64,000 nt of DNA from Patescibacteria group bacterium (GTDB taxonomy: Bacteria; Patescibacteriota; Gracilibacteria; BD1-5; UBA2023). The stretch lies in assembly GCA_049315825.1 (NCBI GenBank), contig JBMOJK010000004.1, positions 648 through 64,647 of the forward strand, given 5' to 3'. Below are positions 30,928-40,409 of this stretch, piece by piece. A program made the translations under genes and the position numbers. The first letter of the stretch is position 1. Each line of letters begins with the position of its first letter. The notes below the pieces were generated by a model. The model saw nothing but the letters and a program-made list of their open reading frames with translations. It had not been told where the DNA came from and made no database searches.

Positions 30928-32016
30928 TTATGCTCCGAATTTGAAGAGCATGACATCTCCATCTTGTACGATATACTCCTTCCCTTCCATTCGTACATAC
31001 CCATTCTCACGAGCCTTTGACCAACCACCTGACTGTACGAGATCGTTCCAGTTTACAACGTCAGCCTTGATAAATTTCTTCTCGAAGTCTGTATGGATCA
31101 CACCGGCAGCTTCTGGGGCTTTCGCACCCTTGCGGACCGTCCAAGCACGAACTTCGATTTCACCTGCAGTGAAGTAGTACTGAAGCCCGAGGAGGTCGTA
31201 GCACTTCTTGATGAGGATATCAGTTGGATTTTCTAGAATTCCGAGATCCTTCATATATTCGATACGATCTTCAGCGGAGAATTCCATCATATCAAGCTCC
31301 ATCTTGGCACTGATCGGAAGCACTGGGATCGAAGCATCGGTGATACCTGTGAGTTCACGAAGTTTTGCTTCAGACTCGTTGACACTTGCCTCATCCACGT
31401 TTACAGCGTAGACGAATGGCTTATTCGTGAGAAGGAAAAGATCTCGAAGCAGGAGAGCCTCTTCGTCTGTCTTTTCAAGCAGACAAGCAAGCTTTCCAGA
31501 CTCGAGGTGTGGCTTGAGTCGAACGTAGATCTCTTGTTTTGCCTTGGCTTCTTTGTCTCCAGCGCGGATCTTCTTGTCGTTGTCACCCATGCGCTTCTCG
31601 AGAGTTTCAAGGTCGGCGATGATGAGCTCAGTATTGATGATCTCGATATCACGCTTTGCATTTACAGATCCAGAAACGTGGTGAACATTGGAATCACTAA
31701 ACCCACGAACTACCTGAAGGATCGCGTCTACCTGTCTGATATGTGAGAGAAACTTGTTTCCAAGACCTTCCCCCTTTGAGGCTCCTTCTACGAGTCCGGC
31801 GATATCAACGAATTCAACATTCGCAGGAACGGTTTTCGCTCCATTGATCGTAGATCGGAGGATCTCGAGTCGATCATCGTGTACATTTACAATACCAACA
31901 TTTGGTTCGATCGTACAGAACGGGAAATTCGCAGCTTCTGCAGCGTATGACTTTGTAAGAGCATTAAACAAGGTAGATTTTCCAACATTTGGAAGACCAA
32001 CAATACCGACTTTCAT
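30928..32016 (-). CDS. ychF: Ribosome-binding ATPase YchF
   Basis: Uninterrupted 362-aa ORF. Motifs: GIVGLPNVGKSTLFNALT (G1) and DIAGLVEGASKGEGLGNKFL. The C-terminal TGS-like region contains FTAGEIEVRAWTVRKGAKAPEAAGVIHTDFEKKFI. Confidence 0.95.
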   Translation of the reverse strand: MKVGIVGLPNVGKSTLFNALTKSYAAEAANFPFCTIEPNVGIVNVHDDRLEILRSTINGAKTVPANVEFVDIAGLVEGASKGEGLGNKFLSHIRQVDAILQVVRGFSDSNVHHVSGSVNAKRDIEIINTELIIADLETLEKRMGDNDKKIRAGDKEAKAKQEIYVRLKPHLESGKLACLLEKTDEEALLLRDLFLLTNKPFVYAVNVDEASVNESEAKLRELTGITDASIPVLPISAKMELDMMEFSAEDRIEYMKDLGILENPTDILIKKCYDLLGLQYYFTAGEIEVRAWTVRKGAKAPEAAGVIHTDFEKKFIKADVVNWNDLVQSGGWSKARENGYVRMEGKEYIVQDGDVMLFKFGA

Positions 32017-32019
32017 GAT

Positions 32020-32271
32020 TTAGTAAATTTCTTGGATAGAAGTTTCTTGCACCGTTTTTGGCGCAGGGGTAGCTCGCATTTCGGAGAGCACTATATAGTA
32101 CCCGACGATCGTGAGAGCAAGGAGCACAAAGAATACAAGCTTGGTAACAGGGACAATATGTGTTGAATATTGCTTGAACTTATAGACGTGAATACGTGCA
32201 ATGAGGAAGAAACCCCAGACGAATATGAGACCCGTCGAATAGAGTGCAAAGAGAATCCAAAACCAAATCAT
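32020..32271 (-). CDS. Small membrane protein (83 aa), unknown function
   Basis: From ATG 32269-32271: MIWFWILFALYSTGLIFVWGFFLIARI.. Two hydrophobic helices. TAA stop, 3 nt before the ychF ATG. Confidence 0.55.
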   Translation of the reverse strand: MIWFWILFALYSTGLIFVWGFFLIARIHVYKFKQYSTHIVPVTKLVFFVLLALTIVGYYIVLSEMRATPAPKTVQETSIQEIY

Positions 32272-32330
32272 AGAATCCAAGAAGATAGAATGCTTTAGCG
32301 GATACTAAAAGATTATTGCAAAAAGGCAAC

Positions 32331-33635
32331 CTAGGATAGTGCTATCAGATCAAAATACTCACTCTTTTTCTTGAGCCAACGTGGTGACTGACGACAAAGG
32401 TTGTCGATATCACGCATATCAAAGAGGAATTCTTTGATCCCTTCTTCGAGGAAGATGGTGTTCTGACTTCCCTTTACAAAAATTGCCTTCTGACCCTCAA
32501 TCTCATAAAGAAGTTCACGAACCTTCTGACCAGCAACACGAGAATTTGCAGAATGAAATACACGATCTTCGCCCAATTTTTCCTTGAGCGCAGCAACAAC
32601 GTATTTGCGCATTTCTTCTCCAACAAGGACAATAAACACAGGGTTGAGCTCCACAATGCGTTCGATGAGATCTTCGTGCATTTCGCGAGAGTCTGCACCA
32701 AGTTCGCGCATATCACCAAGAAACAGCGCCTTGGAGATAGATGGATCGAGTTCTTGGAGGTATTCTATACCAGCAGTAATCGCTTCGTGGCTTCCGTTAT
32801 AGCTTCCGTCGAGGATAGTTGTTTCATTGACCCCATGCAAGATAGATCCGCGCCCTTTCTGAGGATGAAGATGCTCGAAGATACTCGTTACCTCGTGGAT
32901 ATCCTTCCCGAGTACACGAGCGAGAGCAAAGACTACGAGGATGTTGTATGCCTGATGTCCTCCTACTACTGGAACCTTTACCGGTACTGTAAGATCGCCA
33001 GATTCTACATCAAACGTCAGTCCTTCAAGAGTAGATACGATCTGAGTAGCACGGAAATCAACTGGTTCAGCTGATTTACGACCAAAAGAGAATGTATTTT
33101 CTCGTGGCTTATCGAGGATAGCACGTCGGATCTTGGCATCATCACCATTGTAGATGAGTGCCTTACATCGGTGAACGAGCTTGAGCTTCTCAGCAACGTA
33201 TTCATCGTAGCTTGCAAAGTTTGCAACGTGATTCTTGGAAATCGCAAGAAGTACACCAACATCGGGTTCTGCGATATCAAGAAGCATGTCCATCTCACCT
33301 GGATGATCGATCCCATATTCGAGGACGAGGTATTTTGGATAATTCTTTGTGAATAACAAAGCAAGTCCTTTAATAAATACCCATGCCCACAGAATTGGAT
33401 TCGAGTGTGGAGACGCGGTTTGGAGAATGGTGAATGGAACACCGTATTCTCAGTTGTAGTTGTGGAAGGACATGAAGACCTGACCGCGACCATAGAGTAC
33501 CTCGAGAGCATCGAAGAGAAAATGAGTCGCCGTAGATTTTCACACCGTTCCGGTAACTGCTACGACGAAGGGCTTATGCCTGCGGACTACCGCCTGCGCA
33601 AGTTTCTGTAGCAGAAAAAGGAAGAATGATTTCAT
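32331..33635 (-). CDS. murF: Mur ligase family protein, MurF-like (UDP-MurNAc-tripeptide--D-Ala-D-Ala ligase)
   Basis: Track ORF 32331..33359 extends upstream through two TGAs to ATG 33633-33635. The P-loop reads VAVTGTV-TGA(33540-33542)-KST (=GTVGKST). Motifs: DGSYNGSHEA (MurF-type D.SYNanp) and FLGDMRELG. It lacks the usual MurF N-terminal domain. Confidence 0.7.
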
Positions 33636-33702
33636 AGACTTTCGCCGCAGAGTATATAGAGCTTTTGTAAAGTCACAAAAAAAATGTTCGTACGGGCAAA
33701 AT

Positions 33703-33729
33703 TTGCGTTCACGAAAAACTCTCTATAAT
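33703..33729 (+). promoter_or_regulatory. Putative promoter
   Basis: TTGCGT (33703-33708), a 15-nt spacer, then TATAAT (33724-33729). It lies 27 nt upstream of ATG 33757, with AGGG 5 nt before the start. Confidence 0.3.
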
Positions 33730-33756
33730 ACGCATCAGTATTCATCATTTAGGGTT

Positions 33757-34134
33757 ATGGCTCAGGTCACAAAAGACGGTTTCGTATTTACTATTCTCGA
33801 TGAGATCGAGCAGCAATATCCTGAGCTCGTAAAGCTTGTGCTCGCTACAGAGAGCATGGACAACAACGAAAAACAGTATTGGTTCGATATCCTCCCTTCG
33901 ATGACTGATGATCAAGTAGATCGTCTCTTCGACATCCTCGAAACTGAACGAAAGAAGCTCGAAGAGCTCGAGGTTAAGTACCAAGAAGAGATCCGAACTC
34001 TCAACGAAAAACACCTCATCGAGTGGCAGGAGTTCCAGTCACGAGACGCGCGCACGAAGGTGGCACAGGCGGAAGCATCAGACAAAAAGGATGCAGATGC
34101 TGACAATATCTTGGGCATGCTCGACAACATTTAG
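33757..34134 (+). CDS. Hypothetical acidic coiled-coil protein (125 aa)
   Basis: From ATG 33757: MAQVTKDGFVFTILDEIEQQYPELV... Followed by a charged helical tail. TAG stop and a downstream hairpin. No motif recognised. Confidence 0.55.
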   Translation: MAQVTKDGFVFTILDEIEQQYPELVKLVLATESMDNNEKQYWFDILPSMTDDQVDRLFDILETERKKLEELEVKYQEEIRTLNEKHLIEWQEFQSRDARTKVAQAEASDKKDADADNILGMLDNI

Positions 34135-34148
34135 TCTTCACCAAAAGT

Positions 34149-34177
34149 AAAGCCCGGACACTGATCTGGGCTTTTCT
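34149..34177 (+). terminator. Rho-independent terminator-like hairpin
   Basis: agcccg (34151-34156) pairs with ctgggct (34166-34172), with one G-U pair, followed by tttctctc. Confidence 0.4.
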
Positions 34178-34187
34178 CTCGCAAACT

Positions 34188-36122
34188 ATGATCGTCTCAC
34201 ACATTTATCGCCACGTCGGAACTCATCTTGCGAGTTCTGTGTCAACCAAAAAGATTCGCATTGATACTGGTGCGGAGATTTATTTTCAGATAAGCTCAGA
34301 CAGCTCTTCTGTCGTTTCACTCCTCGAGAGTTCACTCGTTGATCTTTGCGGCAGTGGAAAGCCAGCTTCAGAATCTGATGAGATCTTCTTCTCGCGTGTT
34401 CTTGAAGCTCTCAATCGCTTCCTCCTGATGAAGGAGCAGATGATCGCACGAACCAATCTTAAGGTTTTCCTTTCAGTGCTTCGTGGTGATCTTTTGTCAT
34501 TCTCAGTATGTGGTGAATACCAGGCATATCTCCAGCAAGGTGAGCGAATCACCAACATCGCAGATGGCATGGGATCAAACAATCGAGAATTCTCGTATGT
34601 TTCGAGTGGAACCGTAGGCCTCGGTGATGCGCTCTATATCGCAAATAAAGATCTCCTGAGTTTCCTCACAAAAGAAGATCTCACAGAGTTTGCTCGGACG
34701 AATGATTCAACGATTGTAGAAGGCCTATTGTCTCGTGAGTCAGCTGGCGATTCGATCGAATGTCTTGTATTTCAAAATTCTGCGGAGCGCGATTATTCAG
34801 ATGTTAGAACTTCGCGCTTTGAGAAGCCAGAGAATTTCATCAGTATGGCAACTGACGGGATAGTTGCGGGTTATAATTGGGCTGCTAAGGCGATCGCAAA
34901 CCTCGAACTCGAACGCCGTGTTCGCAAAATTATGGCGCATGAGAAAGTACAAGCTGCACTTGCAAATAAACGAGTACGAACCTGACTCTTTGGAGCGGGA
35001 CTCGTGGTGGCACTATGACTCCTCTATCTCATTACGAGTTCGCTTTTCCATTCTCGAATGGGCTCAGTCGTGCCAGAAGAATACAAGAACAAACTCGTTG
35101 AAGCGAGTCAGATCCTTAATCGATCTTCTCGCGATCTTGCGAACAAAGAAGCATTTAAGCAAAACATCAAAAAAGCCGAGGATCTTATATTTGAAGTACG
35201 AGATCAGAAACTATTCTCCAACGACGTAAAGGAACTTCTCTCACAGATTTCCCTCCTCAAGAAACAACTCAATGGAATCGAAACCTATTCTCTGAGTTCA
35301 CATCCTGAGATGTTTAACTTCGGAGCAGGAACTTTTGAACCGATTGAACTTTTTGAAAATGCTCAGAAGCTCTATTTCGTAGGAAAAAATGGTCTCTATG
35401 GCCCATATGTTCAAGGAACAACTCCAAAGAAGGAGTCTTTCCCTGACGGAGAAGAAGCCGTAAGTGCAGACATCAGTCCTGAAGGTGTTATCTACATCCT
35501 CACAAAATCAAACCGCGTTATTAAGTATAGCAAAGGATCATTTGCATATGTAAACGTTGAAGGTCAGAGCACTTGGGAGCCAAGTTCTAAGATCCGTACA
35601 TTTATCGGAAATATCTATCTGCTTTCAGCCGATGGGACACAGATCTACAAACACCGACCAAGTGTAAACGGATTTACAGGAAAATCTCCAGTGATCGACG
35701 GTGGAATTAAGGGGAATACACTCCTGGACTTTGCACTCGATGGTGGATTCTATGTGATCAAGAACGATCTTGCCTTTGAAAAGGTATTTACCACTCCTTC
35801 ATTCTCACGCAAAGGACTTCTCCTCAACAAGCTTCCTGACAATTATTCAAACTCAGACGGTGGAGGAATTCCAAAGATCACAACAAGCTCAAGCGCAAAC
35901 TACCTCTACCTCATTCTTTCGAACAAGGTATGGATCTTTGAGCCAGATTCTAAGAACATCAAGGATGTACGTGGCCTCAAGTACGTAGGACAGATCGAAA
36001 TCTCTGACCGCAAAGTCTACTCAGTGATCGTTCCAAAAGACGGAGAAATCCTCGCACTCACAGATACGGGAGTTTCATCGATCAAGTTCGAAGTTTCTGA
36101 CGGCAAGATCAATATCCACTAG
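34188..36122 (+). CDS. Membrane protein, 644 aa, unknown function (cytoplasmic N-domain, one TM helix, extracytoplasmic C-domain)
   Basis: Track ORFs 34188..34985 and 35058..36122 share a frame. The linker reads ..KRVRT-G-LFGAGLVVAL-G-LLYLITSSLFHSRMGSVV.., a TM helix containing two TGA-Gly codons. The N-domain resembles PP2C/SpoIIE only weakly (LSFSVCGEYQAYLQQGERI..GLGDALYIANKDL). The C-domain looks beta-rich. Confidence 0.6.
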
Positions 36123-36664
36123 AAATGTTTATTACGGATTGAGTCCTTCTCAAATGGAGCGAGATAAAAGATCGTGAGCGCATTTATACGGTATTTACGA
36201 AGCGATATTGAAAGATATCCGCTTTTCGTAAAGAAAGCCCGACTGCGGGATACATCGACCTCTGAACTCATATCGAGTGTGGTATCGATCGCAAATGAAC
36301 CACCAACAAGCTCTCGAGCGTTCGCCCCATTCATGCATTTCGCAAGGAAGGACGAAATTACCAAGAAATGGTACGGTTTCTCTTTGTGATGAAAGTCCTC
36401 GCTGAAATGCTTCCAGAGTGACTTGAGGAAACAGATCTCTTTGATGAGACACTCTACTATCTGGAGGCATGTGAATCGACAGAGACATCATTCCTTCAGC
36501 TTACAGCACTCTTCTGCTTGCGAATTGGACACTTCTTCGGAATACAGCAGACAGGAGCGAGCGATCCAATACTTGAAAAGCTCATCCATCTCGCGCACTC
36601 AAATACGCTCGCGCAGCTTATGAATATACGCTGAATAACCGACGAGCATATCGAAGTCGTCCAT
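36119..36664 (-). CDS. Hypothetical Cys-rich protein (181 aa)
   Basis: Track ORF 36119..36364 extends upstream in frame through TGA 36488-36490 and 36599-36601 to ATG 36662-36664 (MDDFDMLVGYSAYIHKLRERI-G-VREMDELFKYW..). The frame has no TAA/TAG for 181 codons. TAG stop. No motif recognised. Confidence 0.45.
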
Positions 36665-36699
36665 CAATATAGCCTGCGCATATTTCAATCTCGCTCATC

Positions 36700-37545
36700 A
36701 TGGTAAATTTTGCATACGTAGCTCTCGCGCTCTTCGGGGCGATATTTGGAAGCTTTGCCTCAGCACTCATCCCAAGACTCAAAGAAGGACGAAGCATGTC
36801 CAAAGAACGAAGCGCATGTCCGGCATGCGATCATACGCTCGGAGTACTTGACCTCTTCCCTATCCTTTCCTTTGCACTACTGCGAGGAAAATGTCGACAC
36901 TGTGGAGCAAAGATTCCAGCGTATCATTTTCTGCTTGAGTGTCTGATGTGTGCGGTCTTTGTACTGAGTGGAATGTACCACGTGGATATGAGCGCGATTC
37001 TTCTTGGTGATACCATCGAGGCAATTCGGCTCGCAATATTTCTCGTATCAGGATTCGTTGCAGTAACGTTCACGGTCTACGATATTTTATACATGGAAAT
37101 CCCTGACGCAGTGATTTTGCCATGTATTGCGGGATTATTTATACTTTTGAGTATTGATCACTTTTCATCGATTTCTCTCTTTAGTCACTATCTGCCTTTT
37201 GCGACTGAGTGGATGAATCTCCCGCTCGCGAACGCACTCATGGGGGCTGCGATTATATTTGGATTCTTCTTCCTGCAGATCGTAGTATCAAACGGTACAT
37301 GGATGGGCGGTGGAGACCTTCGTATAGCCATCTTTATGGGGCTTCTTGCAGGTACAAAGATTGCACTGCTTGGACTTTTTGCAGCATATATTATCGGAAG
37401 CATCATCGGAGTTGGGATCATTGCCGTGAAACGCAGTCGCAATATCCAAGTACCTTTTGGACCATATCTCGCAGCAGGTCTGTATGTTGCACTCTTTTTT
37501 CATGTCGAGATCTTGAATTGGTACTTTGGATTATTGCACATTTAA
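36700..37545 (+). CDS. pilD: Prepilin peptidase / N-methyltransferase (peptidase A24)
   Basis: Uninterrupted 281-aa ORF. The Zn-binding N-terminal box is CPACDHTL..GKCRHCGAKI. It has multiple TM helices and the catalytic-Asp regions YDILYMEIPD and GGGDLRIAIFMGLLAG. Confidence 0.9.
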   Translation: MVNFAYVALALFGAIFGSFASALIPRLKEGRSMSKERSACPACDHTLGVLDLFPILSFALLRGKCRHCGAKIPAYHFLLECLMCAVFVLSGMYHVDMSAILLGDTIEAIRLAIFLVSGFVAVTFTVYDILYMEIPDAVILPCIAGLFILLSIDHFSSISLFSHYLPFATEWMNLPLANALMGAAIIFGFFFLQIVVSNGTWMGGGDLRIAIFMGLLAGTKIALLGLFAAYIIGSIIGVGIIAVKRSRNIQVPFGPYLAAGLYVALFFHVEILNWYFGLLHI

Positions 37546-37571
37546 AAAAATCTTTGTCAATCTCGCTTTCA

Positions 37572-37598
37572 TTGCTGTAGAGCGGATCTGGGTATAAT
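37572..37598 (+). promoter_or_regulatory. Putative promoter
   Basis: TTGCTG (37572-37577), a 15-nt spacer, then TATAAT (37593-37598). It lies 28 nt upstream of ATG 37627. Confidence 0.3.
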
Positions 37599-37626
37599 AG
37601 AGGCGTTACTTTCATACAAATATACC

Positions 37627-38166
37627 ATGACTGACCAAAAGAAGCTTGCGGCAATTCGCGACTTATTGGAGAGTGCAGGAAAATCAGTTTCAGCAGCGCG
37701 AAAGATCCTCGCAACACTTGCAGGAGAAGACGGAGCAGCAGAAGGACTCGAATACATTAATGCCAGCGGCCTCAATAATTATAAGAGCGGCACTGACAAG
37801 ATCGTCGAAGGAGTATTCACGGGAGATTCTATGCTCGGTTCAGATGGAGCAATCTATCCAGTTCCACAGAACTACGCATCTAAGTCTCACCTCGTTCAAG
37901 GAAGTAAACTCAAGGCGATTATTGCCTCTGATGGGAAGATCACGTACAAGATCATCGAAGAAATCCCATACGATACTGTGATCGGACTTCTCACTATGAA
38001 CCGAGAAAAGTATCAGGTCGTCTCAGAAAACAAGACGTATAACGTCCTCATGGCCAGTGTAACCTTCCTCAAGGCTGAGATCGGTGATACGGTTTCTGTA
38101 CGTATTCCAAAGGGGAAAGAAGCTACCTACGCAGCAGTTGACGCTATTATTCCGAAGGAGATTTAG
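37627..38166 (+). CDS. Hypothetical protein (179 aa)
   Basis: Uninterrupted ORF with a TAG stop, between pilD and the FecR-like gene. No motif recognised. Confidence 0.6.
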   Translation: MTDQKKLAAIRDLLESAGKSVSAARKILATLAGEDGAAEGLEYINASGLNNYKSGTDKIVEGVFTGDSMLGSDGAIYPVPQNYASKSHLVQGSKLKAIIASDGKITYKIIEEIPYDTVIGLLTMNREKYQVVSENKTYNVLMASVTFLKAEIGDTVSVRIPKGKEATYAAVDAIIPKEI

Positions 38167-38249
38167 CATATCCTATCAAATTCCAAACTCTCCGCTTGCC
38201 CTCGGGGAGTTTTTTGATATATTTCATCCATATCATTTCACTCAAAACT

Positions 38250-39722
38250 ATGCGACGAGGCTGAACTAATCGCACAAATGCGATGACTCTCGTACTTCCG
38301 GTATGTATTGCGATCATTATTTTGGTGATCATTATCAAGGCGATCATGGGGTCTTCTTCCTCATCGAACGGTACAAAAGATACCGCGCCTGCAGGAACTG
38401 CGTCCGTACAAGTCATCCCAAAAAAGGATGCAAAAGTGAGTATCTATATGTCTTCTGACACACAAAAAGAGCTCACCGGACCAGCCAAGCTCCTCTCAGG
38501 AGATAAAATGGTAAAGGTAGACTCGGGTGATGCAGATATCGAAATCGAAGGTTCGACTTCTAAAATCTCTATCGAGAGTCTTTCTGAGCTTCACTATGAT
38601 GGTCTCGTAGATGGAAAGCAGACTTTCACACTCAACAATGGTTACGCTTGGGTTGATTCACCAAACGGTGACGTAATTGTGAAGCTTAAGCTCTTCTCAG
38701 TGACTGCAGATAAGGGTACAGTGTATATCGTCAGCCAAAATACACGTGCAAGCAATGCATACGTCCTCAAGGGTGGTACAGCCATCGCTGCAGAAAGTGC
38801 ATCAACACTCGCACAGGCTAACCAGATGATCTCACTTCTCCTCTCTGAAGCAAAGAACACAAACATCGCAGATAAAGTGGTTGTGCTCGATGATTTCATC
38901 AAGCAATCAAGCATCTATATAAAGAAGGATGGTTCTTCTGTTCTTAGTAGTGTTTCTGACATCCCATCAGCAACTGGCAGCACAGCAAGTGGCGCAACCG
39001 GAGTTACTACGACAGGAACTGGCGAAACAAATACTACAAATGGTAAGTCGGTAAGTTTCACTTATCCAGAAGATGAAATGTCTGTCGATACTGGTTCGAT
39101 CAACATCACAGGAAAGCTTCTTAACTCTACTGTTTCAAAGATCGTTATCGGGAAGCGTGAGGCACAAGTTCTTAAGGATGATAAATCGTTCCGTCTCAAC
39201 AACTATCTCCTTCCAGATGCTTCAAACGATCTTTCATACAAGGTATTCGACGATGCGGGAGTAGTTATCGAGAAGGGTGTTATCACAGTGAATGTAAACA
39301 ATAAGAAGACTGCAATCAAGAAGCCTGATGTTGTAAACTACCCAGTCTCCAACAAGGATTTCAAGATCATTAGCCCAGCAGATAATCCATTCAAGACTAC
39401 AGAAACTTCTGTAAAACTCCGTGGATCCTTCGCTGCAAACATGGTGAAATACATCAAGGTTAACAACTACCAACTTCAGCAGTTCAAGGCATTTGGAACA
39501 TCATGGTCGTATAACGCGAGCATCGACAACGGAAATATGGAAGAAGGAATGAACGAATATCTCATCACCTACTACGGTCCAAGTGATGAAGTGCTTGGAA
39601 CTACTAAGATCTATGTCGTAAAAGATACTGCGAAACCAGCACTTCCGACTGAAACTCATACTACTCCAGTAGCCCCTGCAGCTGACCATACAGCTAGTGG
39701 AACTACCAAGCCTTCACTCTAG
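38250..39722 (+). CDS. Single-pass membrane protein with a FecR-like beta-sandwich region and an Ig-like C-terminal part
   Basis: Track ORF 38283..39722. An in-frame ATG at 38250 adds MRRG-G-TNRTNA before the TM helix LVLPVCIAIIILVIIIKAIMG. The segment LLSGDKMVKVDSGDADIEIEGSTSKISIE..TLNNGYAWVDS..FSVTADKGTVYIVS..AYVLKGGTAIAAE follows the FecR pattern (recalled from memory). The C-terminus is Pro/Thr-rich. Confidence 0.55.
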
Positions 39723-39725
39723 TCC

Positions 39726-40385
39726 ATGTTTACTAATTCTCGCGGGAATTCGATCATAGAAGTTATTGTAGTCATGCTCGTACTCACGACAGGATTAACG
39801 GGTGCCTATGGTATTCTTTCGAGCGGTCAGACACTCGCGGTGACTACAGAAAATAGAATCAAGGCAGTTAATATTGCTCGAGAAGGGATAGAGGCAGTCG
39901 AAAATATCCGCTCTACCAACTGGATTAAATTCTCCAGCGACTACAACGCCTGCTACGATACTGCAGACTACAATCCGCTCTGCATCGGGAATACAAACCC
40001 CGCACGTCCCTATAGTTTAAAATCAGGTTCGTACATCATGACTGGTAACTCTGGCGGAGCCTGGAGTCTGAGTGGAGTAACCTCACCAGGAAGCTATACA
40101 GGTGCGACCAGGCCTCAGTATCTTGCAGTATTTCCAATATACCTAGACAGCAACGGACTCCTCTCTCAAAAAGGCCCCCCACCGAGTCTTAAGTGCACAA
40201 ATACAATCTCACGAAACTGCGTATCTATTTTTACTCGAGAAATACGTATCACTCGTCCAGCTGATTACAGTAATATACAAATAGAATCCATTGTTACCTG
40301 GAAAGATGGAACTCGTGATGAGCCGTATTCGATCACCCTCAATCATACGCTCACAAACTGGAAATACAATTACTACCAAAAATAA
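39726..40385 (+). CDS. Type IV pilin-like / pseudopilin protein
   Basis: MFTNSRG|NSIIEVIVVMLVLTTGLTGAYGIL is a class III (prepilin) signal, with Gly at -1, Glu at +5 and a hydrophobic helix. It starts 4 nt after the previous gene and lies in the same operon as pilD. Confidence 0.75.
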   Translation: MFTNSRGNSIIEVIVVMLVLTTGLTGAYGILSSGQTLAVTTENRIKAVNIAREGIEAVENIRSTNWIKFSSDYNACYDTADYNPLCIGNTNPARPYSLKSGSYIMTGNSGGAWSLSGVTSPGSYTGATRPQYLAVFPIYLDSNGLLSQKGPPPSLKCTNTISRNCVSIFTREIRITRPADYSNIQIESIVTWKDGTRDEPYSITLNHTLTNWKYNYYQK

Positions 40386-40386
40386 T

Positions 40387-40408
40387 AAAAGCCCCTTAAG
40401 GGGCTTTT
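40387..40408. terminator. Bidirectional terminator between convergent genes
   Basis: aaaagcccctt/aaggggctttt is a perfect palindrome between the pilin stop (40385) and the PKD protein stop (40410). Confidence 0.75.
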
Positions 40409-40409
40409 A

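Noticed and set aside
30722-31177. 151-aa plus-strand ORF spanning the ychF downstream region.
   Set aside because: It runs through the ychF terminator hairpin and then antisense into ychF. It has no motif.
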